Assembly: GCA_052168235.1 (NCBI GenBank)
Contig: JBQLZK010000015.1
Coordinates: 53,475 to 117,474, forward strand
Reading direction: 5' to 3'
From: Thainema sp.
Lineage (GTDB): Bacteria > Cyanobacteriota > Cyanobacteriia > Phormidesmidales > Phormidesmidaceae
DNA: 64,000 bases
The position numbers and the translations under genes are program-made. The stretch's first letter is position 1, and every line of letters begins with the position of its first letter. This document shows positions 40,019 to 50,286 of the stretch, piece after piece. The notes under the pieces were generated by a model. It had not been told where the DNA came from, searched no databases, and was given only the letters and a program-made list of their open reading frames with translations.

Positions 40019-43000
40019 GGCGTCCTCCTTGTCTCTGAAGTCTACGCCGCTGTAGAGCAGCCTTCTGGCGTTCAGCCTGCGCTTGAGCCGTAGCCACTAA
40101 GGATTCAGCAGGTTGGTCAAGATAGGCTGCGATCGCATGAATCGTGGGATAGCGGAAGAGATCCACCAGGGAAACCTCACGGTTGAGCTGTGTCTGGAGC
40201 TGGCTCTGCACCTGCACCAGCAGAAGGGAGTGACCACCTAGATCAAAGAAATTATCGTGTAGTCCCACTCGATCCAGGTTGAGTACCGATTGCCAAATAT
40301 CTGCGATCGCGCGTTCCAGTTCAGCTTTAGGTGCAATATACGTATTGCCCAATTCAGGCCGATCCGTAGAGGGGGCGGGCAAGGCTTGGCGATCCACTTT
40401 GCCGTTAACCGTTAAGGGGAACTGATCCAGAATCACGAAGGCTGCAGGCACCATATAGTCAGGCAACTGTCGCCGCAGCCAATTCCGTAGTTCAGCGATT
40501 TGAATCGAGGGTCTATCCGTACCCTCTCGCTTGGAGCTTGAAACCCCTACTAGATAAGCCACTAAACGGTGTTGCTCGGGCTGATCCGTACGGGCAATCA
40601 CGACGGCTTCACGCACAGCGGGATGCTGGGTTAAAGCAGCTTCAATCTCACCCAGCTCAACTCGATAGCCGCGGATCTTGACTTGGTGGTCGATGCGGCC
40701 CAGAAACTCGATCGTGCCATCAGAACGATAGCGGGCAAGGTCTCCGGTTTTGTATAAGCGTGAGGTGTGAGGCGTGAGGTGTGAAGCATGGGTGTTGGAG
40801 GGTGAGCGCTGAGTGCTGAGTGCTGAGGAGTGAGGAAGTAGATGGGTGGATGGGTGGATGGGTGGATGAATGGTTGAGGAATTGAAAGTATGGGTGGGTG
40901 GGTTAGCGAAAGGGTTGGGGATAAAGCGTTCGCGGGTCAGGTCAGGCCGATTTAAGTAGCCACGGGCAACTCCCATACCGCCGATATAGAGTTCGCCGAC
41001 GACGCCAATGGGGACGGGCTGGAGCTGATCATCCAAAATATAAAGCTGGGTGTTGATAATCGGGCGACCGATGGGAATGGAGCCAGAGCGCGGATCGCCG
41101 GGTTGGACGGTGTGAACGCAGCAGCCGACAACGGTTTCGGTCGGGCCGTACTCATTGACCAGTTGCGTATGGGGAGCGCGATCGCGCCAGATATTGACCT
41201 GCTCAGCCGATAGGTTCTCGCCCCCGATAATAAAGGCATGGGTGCGTTCAGACAGTTCATCGGCAGCAAGCTGGTGGCTCAGTAGTTCAAGCTGAGCCGG
41301 GGTAATCTTGACCAAGCTGAAGTTAGAGCGGCGGCGTAGCCCAGTGGCCAAGGCTTCTAGACCCCAGGCTTCCGGCAATAGCTCCACGGTCTGACCCGCC
41401 AGCAGCGGCGAGAACAGACTGGTGATGGTCATGTCGAAAGAGATGGAGGAGTGGACGGGCGATCCCTGCCCAGCCTGAAGCGGATACGCCTGCTGACACC
41501 AGGTAAGGTAGTTTACCAGTCCCCGCTGTTCAATCATCACGCCTTTGGGTTTACCCGTTGAACCGGAGGTATAAATCACATAGGCTAGCTGATCAAGTGT
41601 GACAGTATGACCTAAATTGGTGGTGGGCTGCTGTGCGATCGCAATTGTCTGCGTATCCAGTTCAACTCGGTTCGGCGGCGTTTGGTCAGAGGTAAGCTCA
41701 AGCTGTGCCCAGGTCTCCGACTGGGTCAGCAGCACATCAAGCTGGCTGTCCTGCATCATGAAGGCCAACCGCTCTGGCGGATAGCTTGGATCAAGCGGTA
41801 CATAAGCGCCACCTGCTTTCAAGATGGCGAGGAGACTCACCAGCAACCGAGGCGTTCGCGGCAGGCAGACTCCCACCAACTGCTCAGAGGTGACACCCAT
41901 GCTTTGCAGATAGTGAGCCAGTTGATTAGCCTGCTGATTTAGTTCGCGGTAGGTCAGTTGCTGATCCATATAGCGAAGTGCGATCGCATCAGGCGTTCGT
42001 TCCACCTGATCCTCAAATAGCTGATGAAAAGCTCCATCGGGAATGGGAGCAGCAGTCTGATTCCAGTCCACTAAAATTTGTTGCCGTTCGGGAGCCGTGA
42101 GCAGCGGCAACGTAGCAAGGGGCTGATCTGGATCTGCCACAATCCCCGCCAGCAATTGCTGGAAATGCTGCATCATGCGGCGAATGGTTTCCGGTGCAAA
42201 TAGATCAGTATTGTATTCCCAATGTCCCTGTATTCCTTGCTCTGTCTCAATCAGCGACAAAGTGAGGTCAAATTTGGCTGTTCCCGTTTCGACTTCGGCT
42301 AGATCAACGGTAAGATTTGGCCAATCGAGGCGAGTTGGCAACTGCTGTAAATCAAGCATGACCTGAACCAGTGGGCTATAGCTCGGATCGCGCTGAGGCT
42401 GTAGGGTTTCGACCAGGGTTTGGAATGGGACTGCGGCATGACTGTAAGCATCTAGGGCAACACGACGCACCTGCTTTAGAAAGTTGCGGAATGATACCTG
42501 AGCAGACGGATGTGTGCGAAAGACCAGCGTATTAACCGAGCAGCCAATGGAGGCCGCCAAGCTGGGCTGAGGCCGCTGTGCCAGAGCTGAACCCACCAGC
42601 AGATCGGTTTGTCCCGTGTAGCGGTAGAGCCAGGTTTTGAACGCTGCCAGCAGCAGCATGAACAGCGTCGCCTGCTCCTGATGCGCCAGTGTTTTGAGCG
42701 AGTTCAAAAGACTCAGGGGTAACGTAAACCGTTCTCGTGCACCGTGGAATGTCTGAACCGCAGGCCGAGGATAGTCCGTTGGCAACTGGAGAATTGGTAG
42801 CTCACCCGCTAGCTGTTGCCGCCAGTAAGCGAGCTGCTGTGTCCAAATTTGGGGGGCGGATGGCTGTCTCCAGAATCCTTGATCTGGCTTGAAAACCCTT
42901 GCCGGATCTGTAACACAAGCTCGGTATTGAGCCGTTAATTCTCGGAAGAGGATCTTAGCTGAACTGCCATCAAAGATCAGGTGATGCACAACCAGCAGCA

Positions 43001-45506
43001 GCCGATAGTGTGTATCATGCAATCGACACAGCAGTAACCGGAACAGCGGATGCTGGCTCAGATCAAACGGTTGACGTGTGATCGCAGATGTCAACTGCTC
43101 AATCTCAGCGACCTGTCGATCCGCTTCCCAATCCCGCAGATCAACCTCAGTCCAGGGCAAATCAACGGTAGGAAACGTTGTCAGGGTTGGCTGTCCGCCC
43201 TGTAAGCTTACCTGACTCCGCAAAGCCGGATGGCGCTCCACTAGAATTTGTAAACTCTGACGCAGGGCATCAACGTTTAATTCGCCCTGACAATCGAGCG
43301 CGATCGCAATGTTATAGGCCGGACTCTGGGGCTGGAGCTTTTGTAGAAAAAAGATTTGGGTTTGACTGGGAGTGAGCTGAGTTGCGTCAGCGGTTGACGC
43401 TAGCTGCGCCAATGCCAGATCAGGATGCTGATTCGCGAACTGATCAAGAATTTGTTGGGCTAACCGTTCAGGCGTGATGCCATCAAAAAAGTCTGCGATC
43501 GCAATGTCTACGCCCAAGTCAGTCTCAAGTTGGCCTTTCAAGGTCATCACCCGCAACGAATCTAGTCCCAAGCTAGTTAGCGGCTGTTGAGGTTGAACTT
43601 GATCAGGAAAACACTGGAGCGACTGGGCAATCTGATGCTGCAAATAAGCGGCTAGCAACCCAGAGCGCTCGTGAGATGAAGCATTTCGTAGCTGAGCAGC
43701 ACTCAGATGGAGAGGGCCAGCAGTTGAATTCGCCACAGTCGCAGTCTGTGCAGCCAAGACGCTGTGTTTCACTAGAGATAACTGCTCAGCCAAATAAGCT
43801 TGCCGACAGGCGCGTCGCTGAATTTTACCGCTAGTAGTCTTAGGAATACTGCCCGGCTTAATCAAGGCGACGGCGTACACCTCAACGTCATGGGTTTCCG
43901 TCACAGTCTGCCGAATCGCTGTGGTCACCTCGTCTAGGTCAGGCTTTTGGCGGAACTCCAGTTCCTGCACAATCACCAGCCGTTCCTCGCCTTCAATCGT
44001 AACGGTGAAGGCAGCACTGCCGCTGATACGTAGTGCGGGATGGCTCGTTTCAGCAGTTTGCTCCAAGTCTTGCGGATACAGATTGCGTCCCCGCAAAATG
44101 ATCAAATCCTTCAAGCGCCCGGTAACAAACAGTTCTCCGTTGTGCAGAAAACCCAAATCCCCAGTTCGTAAAAAGGGGCCATCACCGCTGTCCTTGAGAT
44201 AGGCCCGAAAGGTTTCTGCCGTCGCTTGAGGATTTTGCCAATAGCCTTGCCCCACGCTGGGACTGCTGACCCAAATTTCGCCAATTTCCTGATCGCTACA
44301 GCGAGTTAAAGTATCTGGATCTGCGATCGCAATTTGCTGATCCGGCAGCGAATGACCGCTACTAACTAGAGTTTGGCGCGGCTGATTCGGCTTGACTGAC
44401 AAGGCAGATATTGCTTGCTTTTGAGCCAGATCAGTAGCTTGGAAGCTTTGAATAACCGGCACTTGAGTGACATGGCTACCCGACACCATCAGCGTTCCCT
44501 CAGCTAACCCATAGCAGGGATAGTGAGCCTCTGGATGAAAGCCACAGGCCGCAAACGCTTCTGTAAAGCGCTTCAGCGTCGCTGCCCGAATCGGTTCTGC
44601 GCCGTTAAAAGCCACCTGCCAACGACTCAGATCCAGCGTTTGTCGCTGCTCTGGCGTGATCTTGTCAACACACAAATCGTAGGCAAAGTTAGGCGCACCA
44701 CTGGTAGTCGCCCGATAGTCCGAAATGGCCTTCAGCCAGCGGTAAGGACGCTGGAGAAAGGAAACAGGTGACATTAACACGCAGGGAAATCCACCATAGA
44801 GCGGCTGCAAAATCCCGCCGATTAAGCCCATATCGTGATAGAGCGGTAGCCAGGATATGAAGCAGCTAGCGGGAGAATGCTCCATTAGCTGGTAGGTTGC
44901 TGCCGCATTGTGCAGCAGATTGCGGTGATTCAGCATCACGCCTTTGGGACTGCCCGTGGAGCCAGAAGTATATTGCAAAAAGGCCAGGGTGTCGCCGTTA
45001 ATCTCTGGCATTTGCCACTGGTCGGCCAGCGCCTGATTTAGCGCATCCGTTGCCAGCCATTGTAAAGGCTGCGCCCGAACTACCTGCCCCATCAGCGTTT
45101 GCAGCCTCGGCAGCATCGCTTCGGTGGTCAGGGCAATGGCGGCTTCAGCATCCTGGGCAATGGCTTGAATACGTGGTGTTTTCCGAGCATTCTGAGGCGG
45201 ATAGGCTGGCACCGCAATCACGCCAGCGTAGAGACACCCCAAGAATGCAGCGATGTAGTTCAAACCCGCAGGATACAAGAGCAGTGCCCGTTGGCCGGAC
45301 AGGTTCAAGGACTGCAATTGGGCTGCGATCGCACGGCTGCGCTGATCAAGTTCCCAATAGCTCCAGCGAGCCGCTTCTACTTCACCATCCTGGAGAAAGG
45401 TAAATGCAATTTGGTCAGGCTGCGTTTGCGATCGCAGGTGTAGCAGTTCAACCCAGGTTTGACCATGTTGAGTTAGTTGTGGCCAAGGCTGATAAAAGTC
45501 AGTCAT
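40011..45506 (-). CDS. Starter FAAL-ACP-C-A(Asn-like)-T hybrid NRPS
   Basis: FAAL motifs LAFLQYTSGSTG, WLPLYHDMGLIG, YGLAEGTL, IPKTTSGK. ACP GLDSL, C HHLIFDG, A code DMTKIGEVGK (close to Asn DLTKIGEVGK), T GGHSL. Confidence 0.92.
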   Translation of the reverse strand: MTDFYQPWPQLTQHGQTWVELLHLRSQTQPDQIAFTFLQDGEVEAARWSYWELDQRSRAIAAQLQSLNLSGQRALLLYPAGLNYIAAFLGCLYAGVIAVPAYPPQNARKTPRIQAIAQDAEAAIALTTEAMLPRLQTLMGQVVRAQPLQWLATDALNQALADQWQMPEINGDTLAFLQYTSGSTGSPKGVMLNHRNLLHNAAATYQLMEHSPASCFISWLPLYHDMGLIGGILQPLYGGFPCVLMSPVSFLQRPYRWLKAISDYRATTSGAPNFAYDLCVDKITPEQRQTLDLSRWQVAFNGAEPIRAATLKRFTEAFAACGFHPEAHYPCYGLAEGTLMVSGSHVTQVPVIQSFQATDLAQKQAISALSVKPNQPRQTLVSSGHSLPDQQIAIADPDTLTRCSDQEIGEIWVSSPSVGQGYWQNPQATAETFRAYLKDSGDGPFLRTGDLGFLHNGELFVTGRLKDLIILRGRNLYPQDLEQTAETSHPALRISGSAAFTVTIEGEERLVIVQELEFRQKPDLDEVTTAIRQTVTETHDVEVYAVALIKPGSIPKTTSGKIQRRACRQAYLAEQLSLVKHSVLAAQTATVANSTAGPLHLSAAQLRNASSHERSGLLAAYLQHQIAQSLQCFPDQVQPQQPLTSLGLDSLRVMTLKGQLETDLGVDIAIADFFDGITPERLAQQILDQFANQHPDLALAQLASTADATQLTPSQTQIFFLQKLQPQSPAYNIAIALDCQGELNVDALRQSLQILVERHPALRSQVSLQGGQPTLTTFPTVDLPWTEVDLRDWEADRQVAEIEQLTSAITRQPFDLSQHPLFRLLLCRLHDTHYRLLLVVHHLIFDGSSAKILFRELTAQYRACVTDPARVFKPDQGFWRQPSAPQIWTQQLAYWRQQLAGELPILQLPTDYPRPAVQTFHGARERFTLPLSLLNSLKTLAHQEQATLFMLLLAAFKTWLYRYTGQTDLLVGSALAQRPQPSLAASIGCSVNTLVFRTHPSAQVSFRNFLKQVRRVALDAYSHAAVPFQTLVETLQPQRDPSYSPLVQVMLDLQQLPTRLDWPNLTVDLAEVETGTAKFDLTLSLIETEQGIQGHWEYNTDLFAPETIRRMMQHFQQLLAGIVADPDQPLATLPLLTAPERQQILVDWNQTAAPIPDGAFHQLFEDQVERTPDAIALRYMDQQLTYRELNQQANQLAHYLQSMGVTSEQLVGVCLPRTPRLLVSLLAILKAGGAYVPLDPSYPPERLAFMMQDSQLDVLLTQSETWAQLELTSDQTPPNRVELDTQTIAIAQQPTTNLGHTVTLDQLAYVIYTSGSTGKPKGVMIEQRGLVNYLTWCQQAYPLQAGQGSPVHSSISFDMTITSLFSPLLAGQTVELLPEAWGLEALATGLRRRSNFSLVKITPAQLELLSHQLAADELSERTHAFIIGGENLSAEQVNIWRDRAPHTQLVNEYGPTETVVGCCVHTVQPGDPRSGSIPIGRPIINTQLYILDDQLQPVPIGVVGELYIGGMGVARGYLNRPDLTRERFIPNPFANPPTHTFNSSTIHPPIHPSTHLLPHSSALSTQRSPSNTHASHLTPHTSRLYKTGDLARYRSDGTIEFLGRIDHQVKIRGYRVELGEIEAALTQHPAVREAVVIARTDQPEQHRLVAYLVGVSSSKREGTDRPSIQIAELRNWLRRQLPDYMVPAAFVILDQFPLTVNGKVDRQALPAPSTDRPELGNTYIAPKAELERAIADIWQSVLNLDRVGLHDNFFDLGGHSLLLVQVQSQLQTQLNREVSLVDLFRYPTIHAIAAYLDQPAESLVATAQAQAERQKAALQRRRLQRQGGRHD

Positions 45507-45785
45507 GTGGATCAGTACTCATAAACGTTTCGGACTGCCATTTGAGCTATGGCTTGTTTGGCAAATCGCAGCAACATAGGCTGCTATGAATGGGCGGCAC
45601 AAAAATCTGTATATACTTAGGTGCCCCGCAAGCCATAAGCTAGTCGCTCTTTTTGCATTGATGCACTGCGCTTACCGACTAGATTTGGAGACTGTATTCC
45701 ATCTCGCGAGACGAGCACGTTACGCTGGCTAAACCTATGAAGCGTAATAACTTTGAGTGAGACTAGGAGAATTCAGGCAGACATC

Positions 45786-46064
45786 AAATGATATCTCTTC
45801 TCAATAAGAGTAAGACATAAAGCCTGGGGAATAGCAAGTACTTTTGAAAAGTGTTTTCAATTACTGTCTCAATGGGTTGAGCCGGATAACCAATTTCTAT
45901 ACGAGCATAATTTGTGGAATCTAAACGCGCTGAAAAATAAACGACTGAAAAAGCTTGACAAGGAAGCTCTCTCCTCTCTTAATGGTTATTGTTCTCATTT
46001 AGAAGTTAGCCAGTTTGAACAAGTGCCTTGGCCTGTTTGGCAGTTTAATGAGAATCTTTTCTTT
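45786..46064. promoter_or_regulatory. Divergent iron-regulated promoter region with several Fur-box-like sites
   Basis: AAATGATATCTCTTCTCAATA (45786), TTTGAAAAGTGTTTTCAATT (45843), TTAATGGTTATTGTTCTCATTTA (45979, overlapping the -10 after TTGACA at 45955) and TTAATGAGAATCTTTTCTTT (46045). Confidence 0.7.
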
Positions 46065-46327
46065 TAGCTTGGTGCCATTGTTTAGCTTAAATATCACTAT
46101 CGCTACAACCCCTGTAGCGATATAGGGTTCGGATCGTGGGTAATGTCAAAAATTCGCGGCGCTCGGTGCTATGAGTAATCTAGCCAATGCCGTTCGTCAG
46201 TAGGTTGGCATAAATAAACGCATCTAAGAAACCGGGGGAGTGCTCCTCCAGGGCACTTCCCCAGTTTTTAGATCTGCATTGACTTCTATGCAGCTGCTTA
46301 TAGCGCTTCTTGCGCTAATAAAGGGGG

Positions 46328-46374
46328 AGTTATTTTTTGGAAGCCGCGCTCCGCGCGGCTTCCAAAAAATAACT
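46328..46374. repeat. Perfect hairpin (22-bp arms) with GCCGCGC-TCC-GCGCGGC core
   Basis: AGTTATTTTTTGGAAGCCGCGC TCC GCGCGGCTTCCAAAAAATAACT. The same core occurs at 52453-52491. Confidence 0.85.
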
Positions 46375-46456
46375 TGTACCTCAGTAGCTCAGGAAAGGCT
46401 ATATCACGTTTCAACCTGTTTAATGACCTGATTTAGTGTGTGACGATGTGAGGATA

Positions 46457-49087
46457 ATGCAAAAACAACAACTTTGGACAGGATTTTGGATTGCGGGTAT
46501 GGCGGCTGCGGTTGTTAGTCAACCAGCTCAAGCCCAAGTTGCTCAAGTCACCGGAGTGCGCCTGAACCCTGTGGCAGATGGATTTGAAATTATTCTAGAA
46601 ACAACGGGTGAGGTCGCTCCTGACCAAATTTTCACCTTTCAAGAAGACGATACGTTAATTATCGACTTGCCTAATACTCAACTACAGTTACCGTCGGGGG
46701 AAGCGTTTCAGCAGGATAATCCAGCTGCCGGGATTACAACGGTTTTGGTTGATTCGTTAGAAGCCAACAGTGTTCAAATTGTTGTTGTGGGTGCCACAGT
46801 GGCTCCTGAGGGCATTGTCACTTCGACAGAATCCGGTCTAGTGGTGCAGATCCCTGCTGTTGAAACAGCCACTACTGAGCCAACTGAACCGTCTGAACTG
46901 GATGGTGAATCAGAATCTGCGATCGCACCTGAACCTGAACAACCAGATGATTCAATCGCTGAATCCGACATGCCAGCACCAGATGGTGAGGTAGCTCCAA
47001 CTCCAGACCCTTCTATAGATGCAGGGGAGCCGCTGCGGATTGTGGTAACGGCAACTCGGACAGAAGAAGATTCCACCGACGTACCGCGCTCGGTGACGGT
47101 TATTACTCGTGAACAGCTTGAGCAGCAAACCAACGTCAGCCGCAACTTGAATGATATTCTCGGTCGGTTGGTTCCGGGTTTAGGGCCATCATCGGATCGG
47201 GCGTTCACCGCTGCCTCTTTACGCGGTCGTAATGCGGCCATCCTGATTGACGGTGTCCCTCAAAACGTCAACAGTCGTGACTTTGATCGTGAGCTGCAAA
47301 CCATTGACCCCAGCGCCATTGAGCGCATTGAGGTGGTGCGAGGCCCCAGCGCCATCTACGGTGGTGAAGCCACGGGCGGCATTATTAACATCATCACTCG
47401 CCGCGCCACCGAAGATGAGGTGGTACTGCGCAGTGAAATCGGCGTCAGTGCGGCACTGGGCAATCTGGAAGGGGAAAGCTTTGGGACGTTTTTGAGTCAG
47501 TACCTCTCGGCTCGGCAAGGCATTGCTGATTTCACCTTTTCAGCCTCATTGAGTAATCCGGGTTTAGCCTATGATGCGGAGGGCGACCAAATTCCGATTA
47601 CTCAGGGCACCGATGGAGCAAATAACTTAAACTTTTTGGGCAAGTTCGGCTTAAACTTTGATGACGATCAGCGACTTCAGTTTTCAGCGAATCATTTCCA
47701 AGCTCGGCGGAATACAGGGATTATCTCCGATCCGATTGTGGATGAGATTCCCGGTGAGCAGAAAGCTCGCGCTCTAGACGTAGGTGAGCTGGAGTTTCCC
47801 ACTGGCGGTGGGTCTCAAACCGATCGCAATACGGTCATTAACCTCAGCTACAGCCATGAGGATTTATTCGGCAGCAGCGTCAATGCCCTAATCTACTACC
47901 GGGATAACTTTAGCCGCAGTGATCCGCGCGATCGCCGCCCTGGCCCCTTTGGCATCTTCCAGGGGGAATTAGATTCCGAAAACTGGGGCGCACGGTTGGG
48001 CATTGATACGCCCTTGAGTGACACACTCAGCCTGCTGTGGGGTGCAGATTACGATCAGGAAGAAACGGCAATTACCTTTAACCTCTTCGAGCCAGACGCT
48101 TTTGATGCCAGCAATGGTCGGGTGAATCGTCGCTTTGAATCTCGGGCGCTGGTTCCACCCTATGATCTGGATAGTCTGGGGATTTTTGCTCAGCTGCAGT
48201 GGGATGTTACAGAGCGGCTCCAGCTCAGTGGTGGAGCACGGTACGAGACGATTGGGGTTTCGGTCGATGACTACATCACCATCTTTGATGATTTCATTGA
48301 AGGCGGCAATCAAACGCTGGATGATTTGCTCTTCAATGTTGGAGCCATCTACGATGTCACCGATCAGGTCAGCATATTCGCCAACTTTGCTCAGGGTTTC
48401 TCGGTGCCTGATTTCGGTTTGGTTTTGGGATTTCCCGATCCTGGCTTTTCGGTGGGTTCTGATGTCGTAGCCAATCAGCCGCAAAAGGTGAATGAGTTTG
48501 AGGTGGGCATTCGCGGCGACTGGGATACAGTGCAAACATCACTGGCGGCGTTCTACAACGAATCCGACCTTGGATCAGCCTTTGAGTTTAATCCAGATAC
48601 GGGCTTTTTTGATATCCTCCGTGCGCCTGAGCGGGTGTATGGAATTGAAGCAACGCTGGATGCTCAAGTCAGCGAGGCATGGGGCTTGGGCGGCACAGTG
48701 AGCTGGTCAGAGGGTGAAGCGGATTTAGAAGACAACGGCGATTATCTACCGCTGAGTAGCGCTCGCATTCAGCCAATCAAGTTGACAGCTTACCTTGAGA
48801 ATCAAACCACACCGGGCTGGCGGAACCGTTTACAAGCCTTACTGATCGGAAGCCGCGATCGCGCATTTGAAGATGAGATTGATCCCAGTCCAATTAACAG
48901 TTACTTGGTGCTCGATTTTATCAGCAGTATTGACATTGGCGATGGCACGCTGCAAATCGGCATTGAGAATTTGCTGGATGAACAGTATTTTCCGGCCTAC
49001 TCACAGCGGACAGCTGGATTCTCCGAAACCTTCAACAGTGCGGGGCGGGGCCGCACCGTCAGCGTCAGCTATCAGTTCACCTGGTAA
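46457..49087 (+). CDS. TonB-dependent siderophore receptor with N-terminal AMIN domain
   Basis: Signal peptide, AMIN (VTGVRLNP..LIIDLPNTQL), TonB box IVVTATRTEE, plug IERIEVVRGPSAIYG, and C-terminal NLLDEQY..GRTVSVSYQFTW. Confidence 0.93.
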   Translation: MQKQQLWTGFWIAGMAAAVVSQPAQAQVAQVTGVRLNPVADGFEIILETTGEVAPDQIFTFQEDDTLIIDLPNTQLQLPSGEAFQQDNPAAGITTVLVDSLEANSVQIVVVGATVAPEGIVTSTESGLVVQIPAVETATTEPTEPSELDGESESAIAPEPEQPDDSIAESDMPAPDGEVAPTPDPSIDAGEPLRIVVTATRTEEDSTDVPRSVTVITREQLEQQTNVSRNLNDILGRLVPGLGPSSDRAFTAASLRGRNAAILIDGVPQNVNSRDFDRELQTIDPSAIERIEVVRGPSAIYGGEATGGIINIITRRATEDEVVLRSEIGVSAALGNLEGESFGTFLSQYLSARQGIADFTFSASLSNPGLAYDAEGDQIPITQGTDGANNLNFLGKFGLNFDDDQRLQFSANHFQARRNTGIISDPIVDEIPGEQKARALDVGELEFPTGGGSQTDRNTVINLSYSHEDLFGSSVNALIYYRDNFSRSDPRDRRPGPFGIFQGELDSENWGARLGIDTPLSDTLSLLWGADYDQEETAITFNLFEPDAFDASNGRVNRRFESRALVPPYDLDSLGIFAQLQWDVTERLQLSGGARYETIGVSVDDYITIFDDFIEGGNQTLDDLLFNVGAIYDVTDQVSIFANFAQGFSVPDFGLVLGFPDPGFSVGSDVVANQPQKVNEFEVGIRGDWDTVQTSLAAFYNESDLGSAFEFNPDTGFFDILRAPERVYGIEATLDAQVSEAWGLGGTVSWSEGEADLEDNGDYLPLSSARIQPIKLTAYLENQTTPGWRNRLQALLIGSRDRAFEDEIDPSPINSYLVLDFISSIDIGDGTLQIGIENLLDEQYFPAYSQRTAGFSETFNSAGRGRTVSVSYQFTW

Positions 49088-49125
49088 TTATCAGATGCCG
49101 TTCTCGGTCAGGTATCCGGAGATCT

Positions 49126-49266
49126 AGGGTTGTTTCATGTTGATCAGAGGGGATCTAAAACCCTTGACGTTACGTAGGGGCAAATGGCCATTTGCCCCTA
49201 CCAGATACGTAAAACGGGGACTTTGAAGCTTTCAGAAGCTTCATTTGACGATAAGAAAACCACCCT
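49126..49266. mobile_element. Possible MITE containing a GTAG-type REP palindrome
   Basis: Imperfect terminal IRs AGGGTTGTTTC / GAAAACCACCCT. Internal perfect 28-bp palindrome GTAGGGGCAAATGGCCATTTGCCCCTAC at 49174-49201. Confidence 0.45.
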
Positions 49267-49312
49267 GCTCAGTAACCCCATGCTTGTAGTTACCGCTAAG
49301 GATATATGCTCT

Positions 49313-50284
49313 ATGCTGCGATCGCACTGGTGGCAACGGCTCTGTTTATTGGGAATTACCCTGTGGCTTACGGTTGCCTGTGGCTCAGTGTCTCAGCCGT
49401 CGGGTCTAGGCAATTCCCAATCCTCACCTGCAAATTGCCGCCCAGTCAACCATGCGATGGGTGAAACCTGCGTTCCGGCGGAACCCCAGCGGGTGATCAC
49501 CCTCGATCCAGGCTCTCTAGGAAATACACTGGCTCTAGGTATCCAGCCCATCGGCGCGGCGACCCTAGATGCCCAGTTGCCTGACTATCTCCAGGAGCGA
49601 GTCAGTGATCTGGAACTGCTGGGGCATCCCAATCAGCCAAGCTTAGAGAAAATTACGCTGCTCAAGCCGGATTTGATTTTGACCGATACCCGCACGGATC
49701 TATACCAGCGGCTATCTGAGATCGCGCCGACAGTTGCCTCAGAAGACTGGATAGAGCCGGAGTCAGAACCCTTATGGAAGCGGGATTTGAAGCTGCATAT
49801 TCAGGCCGTGGGTCAAATAGAGCAAGGTGAGCAATTACTGAGTGACTATGACCGCCGAATTCAGGATTTCCAGCAGCAAATGGGTGATCGCTTGTCAAAT
49901 ACGCAAATATCCGTGGTCAACTTCCGCCCCGACCACGTTCGTATTTATCTCAAGGATTCCTTTGTCGGTACGATCCTCAAAGATGCGGGTCTACCGCGCC
50001 CTCCAGCCCAGGATCAAGCAGGTTTTATTGAACGGATTTCCCTGGAAGCTATTCCCCAACTGGATGCGGACGTGATGTTTCTGATTGTCTCTGATCCCGA
50101 GCAGACTAGTACCCTCGATCAGTTCACGCAAAGCCCGCTTTGGTCACAGCTCAATGTGGTGCAGCAGAATCGTGTTTACCCCGTATCCAGCGACGTTTGG
50201 ATTAACGGGTGGCATATGCTTGGCGCGCAGCAGGTACTTGACGATCTGTTTCAATATCTGATCTCAGAGACAGCGGGAGCTTAG
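49313..50284 (+). CDS. Iron-siderophore ABC transporter substrate-binding lipoprotein (FhuD/FecB-like)
   Basis: Lipobox LTVAC, HAMGETCVP..PQRVITL, PSLEKITLLKPDLIL and PLWSQLNVVQQNRVY. Start placed at MLRSH. Confidence 0.9.
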   Translation: MLRSHWWQRLCLLGITLWLTVACGSVSQPSGLGNSQSSPANCRPVNHAMGETCVPAEPQRVITLDPGSLGNTLALGIQPIGAATLDAQLPDYLQERVSDLELLGHPNQPSLEKITLLKPDLILTDTRTDLYQRLSEIAPTVASEDWIEPESEPLWKRDLKLHIQAVGQIEQGEQLLSDYDRRIQDFQQQMGDRLSNTQISVVNFRPDHVRIYLKDSFVGTILKDAGLPRPPAQDQAGFIERISLEAIPQLDADVMFLIVSDPEQTSTLDQFTQSPLWSQLNVVQQNRVYPVSSDVWINGWHMLGAQQVLDDLFQYLISETAGA

Positions 50285-50286
50285 CC

